A DNA stretch of 64,000 bases from Podarcis pityusensis (taxonomy: Eukaryota), in the NCBI GenBank assembly GCA_964106645.2, contig OZ067040.1. One strand, given 5' to 3'. Positions 51,927 to 64,000 of the stretch are shown here, piece by piece. Within the stretch, counting starts at the first letter, position 1. The number at the start of each line of letters is the position of its first letter. The position numbers and the translations under genes were made by a program. The notes under the pieces were generated by a model. It was not told the DNA's origin, ran no database searches, and worked only from the letters and a program-made list of their open reading frames with translations.

Positions 51927-53872
51927 TGCATTACATTACAATTACATTAGCCACGACTAACTAAAGTGCACTAGTTTTAGTTGGCCTACTCTTACTAAGT
52001 CAACTACAACCCATTGAACCAGACATGGGGAAACCTACAGCCCTCTAGAAGTTGTTGGACTGCAACCCTCATTGGCCATGCTGGCTGGAAAGCCATTGAT
52101 TCCCCACCCCTGAACTGAACAGTAGCTCAAGGGGCCATCACATTATAATTCAAGCACCGATGACAACATGGAACTATATTAAGTTCTTGCCATTGTTTGC
52201 ACAAGGTGATGGTGATCCTTTGCACAACGTGCTAAGTTTGGTATGCTACCCTGATCCACTCATAAATCAAGGCACTATATTGGTATAGGGGGCAGAACCT
52301 TACCCAAATTAAGGCAGAGGAAGGACCAACATAAAAAATAAGATCTCTGCAAGTATCATGTACACTTAAGCACAATAAGGAATGGAACATGCAGAGTGCT
52401 AGATGCCCCACACACAATTGTGCCAATGCTACTGCATAAATATTCAGCCATACTAGTGGTCTAAGAAATGTTATATAAAAATAACTCCCTACATTTCTGT
52501 GTGTTCTATATTCATGTTTTGTTTTTAGGCTGGCAGTGGTTAGTATAGGGTTGTATAGTTCTGATCATACTCATTACCATTTCAGAGGGAAACTGAAATA
52601 AGCATGTAGCATAGTTTTTTGTGCTGTACTAATTTTAGCAAGGTGTATGGAATCAACATGAAAAAAGATCACAGAAGCTGAGTTTGAAGTTGATTTACTC
52701 TGTGATCAAGCCAGCATACTTCTAAAGGTGCTTTTAACGAGTATACAGAAAACTGAAATAAGGCTTTGTTATCACAAGGCAGAAGCAATACTCCCTTGGG
52801 GGGGGGGGGAATGGTACTGAAAAAATGCTGGTGCAGATTCGACTCTAGGAGCACAGAATAATACATCAGCTCCTAAAGGAGATGTGAGGTCCTGTTGAGC
52901 AGAATTCCTCAATTCTAGATTGGTTCTGCCTTGCACTCTGCTCCACCCTAGTTCCAGTTTTTTTATGAAGAATGTCTGATTTCAGAATTGGTGCATGTGC
53001 AACTTTACCTTTTTTCTTTTTCCTTCTTTAAGTAATCCACATGCACAAGAGATTGTGCTTACTGAAATAACATGGTGTAAGCTTTTATTTATTATTTTAT
53101 GGTTAATTTTAAACTGAATTTATCTCTATGGTTTACCTTATTGTACACTACTTAGAGTCTATAGTGTTAAGCAATATGGAAGGGCATTAATCAACCTGTG
53201 TTGCATAAAGGAGAAAACCCCACAGAGTACATATATCAATAAGGTGCACGTTTCTGTGTGCATTTAAAAAAATGTCCCAATGTATATAGGCTGTGCTTTC
53301 AAAATTTCATCTTCGACCAAAATTATTCAGTGGCCTATTTTACGTGTCACTTTTAACAGTAGCTAAAACAAACTGGTTTAAATGCTGCTGCACACAGCTG
53401 AAATCATGTGTGCTTCATTTCTCCCCCACTCCTGCTGCAGCCACAGTGCTGGAAACAACCTATAGTCTGGCCTAGCATTATATCCACACCTGGGCTCATG
53501 GTTTGCTTCCTCTAGACAAACCATAAGCAGTAAGCTAAGAACACTTGTGGTTTGATTGTATGCTATGTGTACATGAAGTGTGAAAACTGATGTGTGTATG
53601 TACTGATGCATGGGTAAGTGTGTGCTGTGTGTGAGAATAAATTGTGTAGCTGTTGTGCATGGATGTGTATAAATGGTTGTGCATGGAAGAAAGTGTGTGT
53701 GGGATATCCCTGTTGGCTTTTTGCATTGACTCCATTCACCACTGGCAAACAGGGCTGGGAGAAATCTGCCTAAAACCCTGGAAACTCTCTACATTACTGA
53801 GCTAGATGGATCATCGGTCTGACTTAGCACAATGCAGTTTCCTATGTTTCTAACTTTCCTGAACCAGCAGTA

Positions 53873-54272
53873 AGCCACTGTGGTGCAGTAGTTAGAGCAC
53901 TGGACCATAGCTGTCAACCTTCCCTTTTTTTGAGGGAAATTCCCTTATTCCAGCGCCGTTTCCCACAGCTAACCCGGATTGTTAGATATCCTGTAGACTG
54001 TCCCCGGGACAGGTGAGGCTGCTGATCCCTTCTTTTCGAGGCTGCCGATCCCTTCTTTTCAAATCTGAAAGTAGACAGCTATGCACTGGACTAGGACCTC
54101 AGAGTCCAGGTCTCAAATCCCTGCTCAGCCATGAAGCTCACTGGATGGCCTCAGGCTGTCCTGGAAGACTGTGACTAGCCTATCTCATGAGGATAAAATG
54201 GGAAGAAAAAGGAACCATGTACATCACCTTGAGCTCCTTATAGGAAAGGTGGAATAGAAATGTAATAGATAA
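53873..54272 (+). mobile_element. MIR-like tRNA SINE interrupted by a hAT MITE
   Basis: TGGTGCAGTAGTTAGAGCACTGGAC|TAGGACC..TCAAATCCCTGCTCAGCCATGAAGCTCACTGG.. is contiguous once 53906-54091 is removed. Confidence 0.7.
53906..54083. mobile_element. hAT MITE
   Basis: CATAGCTGTC...GACAGCTATG TIR and a perfect 8-bp TSD cactggac (53898-53905 / 54084-54091). Confidence 0.9.
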
Positions 54273-54488
54273 TCAATATGCTTTTGGTTATTGGGGAAGA
54301 ATATTGTGGTTATTTTGCATCGTTTTAATGGTGTTTTAGTGTATTGTTGCACACCACTTTTATATTTTTATAAGAGTTGGCAATATATAATTATTTGGGG
54401 AGAAAATAAAAATAAAGTATGTTGGAGTTTCAACAATGTGAAAACAATTTGTTGTTCATCATATATGCTTTCTTTGCTCTTTTCCCAG

Positions 54489-54581
54489 TCTAAAACCTAT
54501 ACATGTAGCTGGCAAGGAGAAAGCTTGTGTTTCACCTTAGACTTTGCTTCGGGATTCACCTGCTTTGACAACAAAACAAAG
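54489..54581 (+). CDS. SNTG2: SNTG2 coding exon
   Basis: ctttgctcttttcccag / gtacga. 93 nt, SKTYTCSWQGESLCFTLDFASGFTCFDNKTK. Confidence 0.96.
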
Positions 54582-57191
54582 GTACGAGGAAGCAGAAGGC
54601 AAAATATAAGAATTTGTTCTGTTATGAAGCACCCATGCTGTTCCTTGAGAAAACAGAACTGTTGCTAATCCTTTTCTGGTGGTGGAAAATTCAGGGTGAA
54701 TCCAATCAAAAACACCTTTGAGCCTATTGGGATGCCTGTTCCATGACATTGAAGTGTATTCTTTCCTGCTGCCATTCCATCAGCAGACCGCTGACCAGTG
54801 CAGCTGTTCTGGTGTGAAAGTCCTTTTATAACCATGTCTGCCCATTCCTGATGATGAACTCTTGACAGCCAGCTGTGACTCATTTGCAAGGCATTTCATT
54901 TTGCCCAGTAAATGGCTCCAGACACATTCGACACTTAGATGCTATAATCTAAGGACAGCATCTTTTATGGAGGTGTCCTATAACTTTGCTTCCCTGGCTT
55001 GAATTATTGTTGCCTAAGGAAGTGCTAACAGTAGGAGTCGTAACTACCTCCCTCCTCCCCACTCCGCTGTTAATCACCAAAATTAACACCTTGAGGCAGA
55101 ATGACCACTATCCTTGAAGCAGGCTGTGGTATGCCCCATGTTCAAAAAGCTCTCTCAAACCTTCCAACTTTCACTTCAGTGCTTTAACAGGTGTACTCTC
55201 AGTGTGACTAACATTGGAAAGAGTCCAGTACCTGCTGACAGCAGAGGGTTCTTTTAGATCTATAAATAACCTGAAATATTTTTAATTAGTTTTTAACAAA
55301 CGGCTTGTAAGTCACTTGGCACATTTTGTTGTTGCATGTAAAAATTAGTAATGTGCCTTTCCCATCAAACTGACCTTATAAGCCACTTCACTGACATGTG
55401 AGCTCAAGGCCCTGAATATGCACACAGGGTCGGCCCTACCATTAGCCGGAGTGAGGCAGCTGCCTTAGGCAGCAGATATTTGTAGTGAAGAGGAATGCTT
55501 CTGTTTATGGGGCTGAGGGTGGGGGTGGAGAGCACCTCAAGCATTAAATGTTTTGGGCTAGTTCTGTAAACATAGCAAGATAAGTTCCAAAACCTTTGAA
55601 TAGTAATTTGGTGAAATTTTATCAGCATGAAGAAGGATGTGAAGAGCACAAAAGTAGAATTTTATATATGAGAAAGACACCAACTATATAAAATTAAGTT
55701 ATTTTTGAAAGCTAATGGAATATCAAGTAAGCCCTTTGCAAACAGCTTGGATTTGAATTTAAAACTTCACGTTTGATTTAAGGGGATATGGCTTGCCTCA
55801 CATCAAATTAGCCAATACACTTTCAGTCAGAAAGAGAAGATTATTACATCTGCATTACCTGTGTCAATGTTTAATGATGGAACAGAATGCTTGATCAATG
55901 AAATACTGCTCCAACTAAATCCATTTATCAGAAAATGCTGTAAAGTGCTCCACCACAGCAGTGACTTCACATTGATTCCCTAATAAAAGGACAAAACGTT
56001 AACCAACAGTAAGGGGGGAAAGTAGAAATTTCATTATGACAGTAAGAAAAGAGAAGCCGAGGCAGAGATACTGTGTACATAAAAGAACTGTGTCAGACTG
56101 ACTACTTTAAAAATATTATTTATACCTTGAAGGTTTGCTATGAGACTGAACAAAGGCCTGTCCAAACAAAAATTCTCCCAAGTAGTCATGTTTGCCATCT
56201 ATGGAAGGTTCCCCCCCCCCCTCGCCACTATTTATTTTTCTGCTTCTTCTGATATTGTGTTCTCTAGGTCGATCTAAGTGACCATTCTCTCAGGCTCGTA
56301 GGAAAGGGAAATGTCTCCCTGCAACATAGAGGACAATCTTAATATCACACCATAGAATTTCATGCGAGTTGGTTAATTGTGCGATGTTCCATTTCCTGTG
56401 CATCTTTTTCTTAGCTACTTTAGCACTTACAGAAGCCGACCATTTCCATCCGAATTCATGGGGTGACATTCATCGTGCTTATTTGCCAGTGCCAGCAGAA
56501 CAGACACTTGCGCAGTGGAGCTACTTTCTTTCCTCTCGCTGCCACCCCCTGCTCCCCAACTCCAAATCTTTTCTAGAGGGTCCCCAATCTGCTGGAGCAG
56601 ATTTTGGGGGCGTGAGGGGGACTGCAGTGGAGAGAGCGGAAGGAGAAACCCTGCTTTGCAAATAAAAATCCAGTCTGTCGGCAGATTAATACAAACGGAT
56701 ATCACCTGTGGAATTCAGATGGAAGTGAACAGCTTCTGTAAGTGCTAATGCAGCTAAGAGGATTATTAGAAATAGGATGTTGCACAAATAAAGAAGATCA
56801 CATCAAAGTCCAAATTATGGTATTAAATAAATAAATATAATTATAACGGTAACGTTCTGTTCAGTGTTTTTAGTGAGAAAATGTCTTCCATTTCAGTTCT
56901 GAAATCACTGAAAATTTCTTTTGAGCATGGAATTTCACCACTGATATGAAACAAGGAAATAAAATCCACACAGAGATAAATACTGTGAAGTAACAATATG
57001 TTGAGTGGCCTCATAAGCATGGTAAACCAACAAACCTTTAGCAGTTTTGTGTGCTGATTGGATGTAATGCATCAGTTTCCCCCCAAAATAGCAATATACC
57101 ATTTATTTCTTCTTTTCTTCTAACCCAAAATGTTCAGTTGTTTTGGGAAAGTGAATATTCAAAATGTTAACTATATTTCATTTCTTTGCAG

Positions 57192-57302
57192 AATGTCCTC
57201 TGGAGATTTAAATTTTCTCAGCTCAAAGGGTCATCAGATGATGGGAAAACTCGTGTGAAGCTGCTTTTCCAGAATACAGAAACCAAACAAATTGAGACAA
57301 AG
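57192..57302 (+). CDS. SNTG2: SNTG2 coding exon (syntrophin-unique domain)
   Basis: tttctttgcag / gttggc. 111 nt, NVLWRFKFSQLKGSSDDGKTRVKLLFQNTETKQIETK, containing the syntrophin SSDDG motif. Confidence 0.96.
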
Positions 57303-59060
57303 GTTGGCAATGAATATTGCTGTGTTATATGAAACTGAATTTGTATCAAGAAAATCTTGATTCCAGTTCACCTTACATAGTCAATTATAATTTCGAGTTT
57401 TCTCTTTTCTGTGCCATGCAAGCCAGGTCACAAATAAGCATCTAGTATTGTTCATAGATTATTACACAAAAACGCCAGAAATTATGGCCACTTTTTTGTC
57501 ACCCAATGTGCAATTGATCTGGCATGGATGCCTGATTTTAACATGCCACAACTGAAAGAAATAATAAAAAAGACAATGTGGCTGGCCTACTCTAGCAACC
57601 TACCTTAAGCCTTCAACACAATACTCAAACCACTGACTATTACTTAGCTTTATTGATCAATACTCATTGACTCCAAACTACTTTTGCCTGCATCTTTCAG
57701 AAGCATCTACTTTCATGAGAAAAATTGCCTTCTTAGGGAATAAATAACACCCTCCCCAACACACATACATGAACTTTCAATCTAAATTGCAGCCTCTCAA
57801 ATCGACATTGGGTTAAAACAGTGGAGAGGTAAAGAATCTGGCTGGCAGGCCTGATCCTGGTGCTCCCTACCCCTTGCAGGCCACAGTCCCTGATTTTCAT
57901 GTCAGCCTGACTAAAATATTAAATTGGTAACTAATCCTGTGCAGTTTTCATAACCCACCTCACCCCATCTCTTCCCTTCTCCACACAGATATTTATCAGC
58001 TTTTGTAAAGTAATTTGAGAATTCCCCAAATTGTCATAACATTTTTGTGCTTGTACAAATCCTCGCGTACGTGTAGCTTTAAGGTGTTACCAGAAGAACG
58101 AAATGGAAGATGATTGATGGGCTCAAGGGACAGGCCAATACTAGCATTCAAGACCTGTTTTGGATTCAGAATCATTGCTAGGACACAGGAGAAAGAAAGG
58201 CTGATAACCTCAACATTTATTATTGATGCAGTTTGTAGTACAGTAGTGACCAAGTTACTGATGGGAGCGATGGATTTTCGGGAGAGGCAGATGGTGCTGG
58301 ACAGGAAAGTGTAGCCAATAATGAGAAACACAAAATGTCATCAAATAATGCAAGTTTCATTCCCCTTGAGTAGATAAGCTAGTAAATGTCAACAGCAGCC
58401 TAGTAAAGAATTATTTCAGCATTTGTTGGGCAGCAAACACTATGGTTAAGTTTATGATAACGTTTTCCCTAAACATTTTTGTTTGAATCTTTATATTAAA
58501 AATTTATATATTCAGAGGGATTCAATTTCACACTATTGACTTTTGGGCAAAGGAGCTGCCCACAGTTTTCCTGTATTAAATATTATGGGGGTTTTATGTT
58601 GCCATTTTATAGAGACAAAACAAGAGCTCCCCACAAATATGCTAGAACCGTGTTGCACACATGTCTCCTCCCTAAGCAACAAACAATAAAAATAAAAATA
58701 TTGAAACAACTGAAGCAAAATTGAAAACTTAGTTTAAAACTGAGAGAACCAGACCGTGAACCTTAGTATGGGTGAGCTGAAGAAAGCATAAAGATGGCAC
58801 CAGGACAACGTCTCTGGTGCCATCTTTTAAAAACTCTTGTGCCACAACCAAAAGCCTCTCTGTCTAGCGCTGGGGTAGTCCTTCAGATGGACTGTTGAAC
58901 TACAACTCCCATCAACCCCAGCCAATTGTTAGGCAGTGGTGCGACTTGTAGTCCAACAACTTCCAAAGTGCAGCCCATTACTTACCCCTGACGTAGCAGT
59001 GACCTGACTCTCTTCATTTGGTTCAGCCACTTTAGAGCAGAGCATCTGAAGATTTCAGTA

Positions 59061-59275
59061 CAGTGGTACCTCGGGTTACAGACGCTTCAAGTTACAGACT
59101 CTGCTAACCCAGAAATATTACCTCGGGTTAAGAACTTTGCTTCAGGATGAGAACAGAAATCGTGCGGCGGTGGCGGGAGGCCCCATTAGCTAAAGTCGTT
59201 CCTCAGGTTAAGAACAGTTTCAGGTTAAGAACAGACCTCCAGAACGAATTAAGTTCTTAACCTGAGGTACCACTG
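59061..59275. mobile_element. Tc1/mariner-type MITE (family A)
   Basis: CAGTGGTACCTC TIRs with TA TSD. Confidence 0.92.
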
Positions 59276-59892
59276 TATTTACATATACAAGAAGGTGCTA
59301 TTTCAGGTAACTTGGTCCCAAGCCACTTAGGACTTTAAAGAATGAAAACAGTAAATTTGGCCTGGAAATGGACTGGGAGCCACTGCAGGTGACAAAGCAA
59401 AGGCATAACGTGATCAAAATGCTATCGCATATTTATTTTCAGGAGCTTGAGTTTGATGGTGTTGAGCTTCCTGTGTGCTTGTTTCTATCGATATCAACAG
59501 GATAACCTATAGATATTACTGATATTGACTGACATCTTGCATCAGTAGCAAGCGGCATTCAAAACAGTTGAAATTCAAAGTAATTTCATTGTTCTGATTG
59601 CTCTGCTGTTATACAGGGACTGTTTTCAAGGTCAGTAATGTGCCATCTGGTAGGAAAGTAGTTTGCTGATTAGTTTACTGCTCAACAAGTATCCTTGAGA
59701 CACATATTTATGTGAAGAAGTTTTGCGCAGAAGGAATATGTAAAATTTAGTGGGTCCAAAAGCAACTAGCTAGCACTTTGATTTGTGCAGAAGTGTGAAG
59801 GGCTATGTTCAATAACTTGACATACCTGTTGGGAAGCCAGGGTGCTTAAAAACATTTATTGAAGCTGAACTGGTACCCCACATACCGTATTG

Positions 59893-60408
59893 ATAAGTAA
59901 GTAAGTAAGTAAATTTTTATTTATACCCCGCCCTCCCCGGCCAAGACCGGGCTCAGGGCAGCTAACATCAAATATCAAATACATTAAAACACAATCAAAC
60001 AATTGATTAAAATACAGCTTAAAAATTAGAATCAGGATAAAATTAAATGACTGCCCATGAATTACAACCATAGGGGTCAGGAACCTCAAGTATTCATCAG
60101 GGCCAGCTATCCATTTTGGTCCCACATGAGCCAATAAAAGGACCCAAGAGGTAACTTGCAGGGTCCCATAGAGGGGGGTCAAACTGGGCCCAGACCGAAG
60201 GCCAGGCAGAACAGCTCCATCTTGCAGGCCCTGCGGAAGAACGTCAAGTCCTGCAGGGCCCTGGTCTCCTGCGATAGGGCGTTCCACCAGCCTGGGGCCA
60301 AAGCCGAAAAGGCCTTGGCCCTGGTTGAGGCCCGGGACTGCCAAAATATTATGATTTGCGGACCGTAAGGTCCTCCGCGGGGCATACCAGGAGAGGCAGT
60401 CCTGTAGC
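59893..60408 (-). mobile_element. L2 LINE 3' fragment
   Basis: LQDCLSWYAPRRTLRSA and RAKAFSALAPGWWNALSQETR..FRRACKMELF (L2 ORF2 end), followed by the L2 3' stem region and a (CTTA)n tail. Confidence 0.87.
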
Positions 60409-61171
60409 ATATGTTATGTTATTGATAACAATAACATAAATGGAACTGCCTTTTCAAGCGGTGGGAATTTTTTCTTCAGTGTATCATAGCTGGCAGATTT
60501 GCAGGGGAAATGATGTAGGTTTAGCGGGGGGGGGGGGGGACAACGACTTATGAACATTGAGAAACGTCCGAGGAATGTGTACACTGGCTTTTAAAAGCAA
60601 ACATTCCACCAATATTTCCTTCCAAATGTAAGCATACAGTACATTTTAAATTTCTTTTTTAAAAAATCAAAAAATCTATATACATAACCCTGGGGCTCAA
60701 AAGCTTACCACCAGCCAAGTTCAAGGTTCTTGTATTAATTCACAAGCCTTCACAAGACTCCCTGATCCCTGAGGTCTTCAAAGCTGCCACTTTTGTGGTC
60801 GCCCATGACTTGAATTCACAAGGAGCTGCATGTTCAGTATGGAGGGCTCAATTTTTTGAAACTGAGATCACTCAGGCCCCCAGTGTTGAACTTCCAGTGC
60901 TTACTGAAGACTTAAAAAAACATTCCAGCAGGCTTTTAAATTGAATTCTGATTTCATACTTTTAACTCATTTCAGTCTCATTGAGTTGCATTGGGACTCC
61001 TGTACAACCAGCTGTGATTGAGTGGTATACTGATTGTTGAAATAAATATTCAGTGAAAAGTATCTGCAGGTAGAAAGAGACATCCCTCTCTTAAACTCCC
61101 CATGTATTTCATTGTTTCACATATTTTGGGGGTACAGATGTCTCCCATCACCACCCCTATCCCTGACTGTA

Positions 61172-61397
61172 CAATGGTATCTCAGGTTAAGAGCTTAATT
61201 CGTTCTGGAGGTCCGTTCTTAACCTGAAACTGTTCTTAACCTGAGGTACCACTTTAGCTAATGGGGCCTCCTGCTACCGTTGCGCCGCTGCTGCACGATT
61301 TCTGTTCTCATCCTGAAGCAAAGGTCTTAACCCGAGGTTCTATTTCTGGGTTAGCGGAGTCTGTAACCTGAAGGGTCTGTGACCCGAGGTACCACTG
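61172..61397. mobile_element. Tc1/mariner-type MITE (family A), inverted relative to the other copies
   Basis: The reverse complement begins CAGTGGTACCTCGGGTCACAGAC..TTCAGGTTACAGACTCCGCTAACCCAGAAATAG. TA flanks. Confidence 0.9.
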
Positions 61398-62917
61398 TAC
61401 AAGATATCAGTTCTAGGAATCTTCATTTGAAGAAGGACACAAACTGTTGTACAAGAACAGGTTAAAGTGCGCACAAAAGCAATTTAAGCATTGCTCATTG
61501 CTCAAGACATTTTCCTTGATTATGTGAAATGGGCCTCTAGTTTTTAACTTGCCACTTGATAGCGCAGATGTGTGACATTCTGGCTGGTGGCTACTGCTGG
61601 AATTGTATCAAGCCCCAGTGTAGGTTGGACCTGAAACAGGGAGAAGGAATATGGGCAGAAGAGAAAGTAAAACCTGCTGTATAAAGTTGGTAAGAGGTTT
61701 CTGGAAGGTGAAAGCAGCTTCTGAATTATAGGGAACAGCACACTGATGGTGCCTGGGGACTAGTAATGCCTCCATGGAGTTTTCCTCCCTTCTGACCAAC
61801 CTCCAGACATAAATCTCCAGTACTCTCTCATTTTACAGGGAAACTTAACTCAGTAGAGAGCTGTTCACTTTGCTACAGTTCAGGGACAGAGGGAGCAGAA
61901 AGCAGTTTTTCCTGCATCAATATCCTTACAAGCCCCTAAATGCAAGTAATCCGTATTGCTTTCAGTGCTCCACAACTGTGTATAGGCCTCCAGTTTAAGC
62001 AGAAGGATTAGCTTTTAGTTATCCTTCTGTAATGTAGTAAGACAAAGTAGTAATTTGAACCACAAAGCTGAAAAAATGAGGATGTAAGAAACCTCCCTGA
62101 GAACTTTTGCTAGCCTTGTGAACACTCTTTTTCTTTTCTTTTTTGTAGCTTCTTTTGAAATTCTTCAGCTGTAATACCAAATGAGGGAATGACAAACCCT
62201 GGCCTAAAGCTTTGAATTTTGCTTTAGGCCAGATCTGGTGACAGCTTAGAGATGTTCCAAGCACCCTAAGAAACTTCACTAGTCTTACTAAAATGGTTCT
62301 GACTTCCTTTGAAATTCATACAGTGTTTCACCTGAGGAGGAACTTGAGCATTTATTTCAAACTTTCCCTTGGCTGACATTTCAGCAGCAGCACTAGAAAT
62401 ATACAAGGTGACATTTTTCTTTAATCTACGAATACATAAAGCAGCTCCCGCAATCCTATCTCCAGCAACTCACACAGAATCTCTCATTTGGATCCAGACT
62501 TATTTCTGAGTAGACATGGTTAGGATTGTGCTCTAAGTCCTATTGAATTCAATGCAGCTTCATCGCTTAGAGTAGACCCACTGAAATCAATGGGACTTCA
62601 TAAAAGGGCCAGGAAGGCTGAAAGCAATATGTGAACCAAAACACATTCCTACTTAGTAATGACTGACTTAAGACCCATTGATTGCATGACTAATACTTGA
62701 ATAACTGTTGGACAAACAGCAGAAGGAAATAAGTGTTTGAGCTTAGTCTAGTGCTGGAAAACAGCCCTGAGCATCTGGTAAGGGCATATGCAGTGTGTGA
62801 TGCACAAATTCTTTTGCAATAGATTACGTATTACCAATAGATCTATAAGTACCATTGTGTATATTTTTGCTCATGCACTCACTGGATGTTTAAGCGATAA
62901 ATAATTAAAGCATTATT

Positions 62918-63300
62918 GAGGCTTCCGGTTCTGCTCTGCTTTAATGGAGGCAGCCCCTGCGACAGTGGGAAATCATTGGCGAAGGAAAAACAAGGATGAT
63001 TTAGGGGCTAATTTAGGGGTAATCATCCTTGCATAATCCCCCCCCCCTCCGGGACAGAGGGGAAAGGGCTTCATTCACAGTCCGCCTCGGTACCTGGGCT
63101 CTCACTCCAGCATGGAATGTGGGGGTCAAGGAGGTGTTGAGTGTAAAAGCACTTCACCTGGTGAAAACCCTCCAACGCCACCGCCATTAAGAAGGAGAGG
63201 CTCTCCTTTTAATTAGAGCTTAGTTGGACTAAAGTACATGTGTGTGCTAGAAGAGATGAGATCACAAACAGCAGAACAAACCAACTGCAAGGACTTTAAG
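62918..63300 (+). mobile_element. GC-rich orphan segment resembling a LINE (L1-like) 5' UTR/internal promoter
   Basis: Begins GAGGCTTCCGG (ETS-like), contains CCGCCATT (YY1-like), and is CpG-richer than its flanks. Abuts an L2 tail at 63345. Confidence 0.4.
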
Positions 63301-63588
63301 GTTTTAACTTAAGAAGACTTCAAAAGACTTCAGTTCAAAAGACGGTGAACCACCCTGAGACTTCTGGGTATAGGGCAGTATATAAATTCTAACAACAACA
63401 ACAATGGTGGGGGAGGGGTGCCTACCTAGAGGGGAACATTATTCTTCATTCATGAGAAAAGATGTATGTTAAAGAAGTTTGCATTTGGCGTATAATTTAG
63501 AAGTTACTTTTTATGGTCTTGATGCATTTTGACCTGTAAAATGTGTGAAACTTTATTTCACCCTTTTTTCCTTTTGCTCTCATTTCAG

Positions 63589-63720
63589 GAATTAGAATTT
63601 CAAGATTTGACAGCAGTTTTAAACTGTATTCACTCATTTATAGCTGCTAAGGTTGCCTCTGTGGATCCATTATTTATTGACAGCCAGAGCATTGCAAGAA
63701 AATATACCTACAGTAATTGA
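63589..63720 (+). CDS. SNTG2: SNTG2 terminal coding exon
   Basis: Long pyrimidine tract plus cag. ELEFQDLTAVLNCIHSFIAAKVASVDPLFIDSQSIARKYTYSN*; the C-terminus fits SNTG2 (...KVASVDP..DSQSLARKYMYSS) rather than SNTG1. Confidence 0.96.
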   Translation, partial: ELEFQDLTAVLNCIHSFIAAKVASVDPLFIDSQSIARKYTYSN

Positions 63721-63834
63721 AGAGATTCTATGTTGTGATTATGACAGATAAATTATTTTCTTAAAGAAAAAAATATTTCATGCACAATATTGCGATCCCA
63801 TGTGATTTTATAAGAGATATATAGTTGTGTTATG

Positions 63835-63840
63835 AATAAA
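63835..63840 (+). promoter_or_regulatory. Candidate polyadenylation signal in the SNTG2 3' UTR
   Basis: AATAAA 115 nt after the stop codon, followed by U-rich sequence. Usage unproven. Confidence 0.45.
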
Positions 63841-64000
63841 AGTTACTAGTTTTCACATTTGATTCATCATTGTTAAATCTGATGAGTTAAACATTTATTC
63901 AAACTGAATCAGTTTGTTGCCTTGCACTTAAATGAATATTTTCACACTATGATGAATGGTAAGTCTTATTTTAAATCTTATTCTCAAGCATTACATATTA

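Noticed and set aside
57996-58331. 111-aa antisense ORF
   Set aside because: No recognisable homology and a non-ATG start; the length is within chance expectation.
63225-63241. 17-bp inverted match to 8127-8143 (acatgtactttagtcca)
   Set aside because: An isolated short match 55 kb apart with no extension, so no structure can be supported.

Overview
Vertebrate genomic DNA, most likely a squamate reptile and probably a lacertid lizard, judging from Sauria SINEs, BovB, CR1, L2 and Penelope remnants. The window lies almost entirely within one + strand gene: the 3' half of gamma-2 syntrophin (SNTG2). Eight coding exons with canonical AG/GT boundaries were reconstructed (7298-7427, 24402-24440, 31209-31325, 43928-43999, 47547-47756, 54489-54581, 57192-57302, 63589-63720), covering the PH/SU region through the stop codon. 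The 5' exons (PDZ region) lie upstream of the window. The introns are dense with mobile elements: a young 5'-truncated RTE-X-like LINE with an uninterrupted 875-codon frame, four Sauria SINEs, BovB, L1, L2, CR1 and Penelope fragments, TA-flanked Tc1/mariner-type MITEs, hAT MITEs and probable solo LTRs. The most unusual items are: (i) an antisense fossil reading frame with a CDC42BPB (MRCK-beta) exon-1 homologue fused to unidentified sequence and split by a nested L1/SINE insertion; (ii) a 70-bp near-perfect intronic hairpin; (iii) a cryptic 'ELEF...' alternative terminal exon candidate bracketed by inverted MITEs; (iv) a decayed Penelope minimal hammerhead ribozyme. No CRISPR, rRNA or genuine tRNA gene was found. 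Family assignments come from recalled motifs, not database searches.
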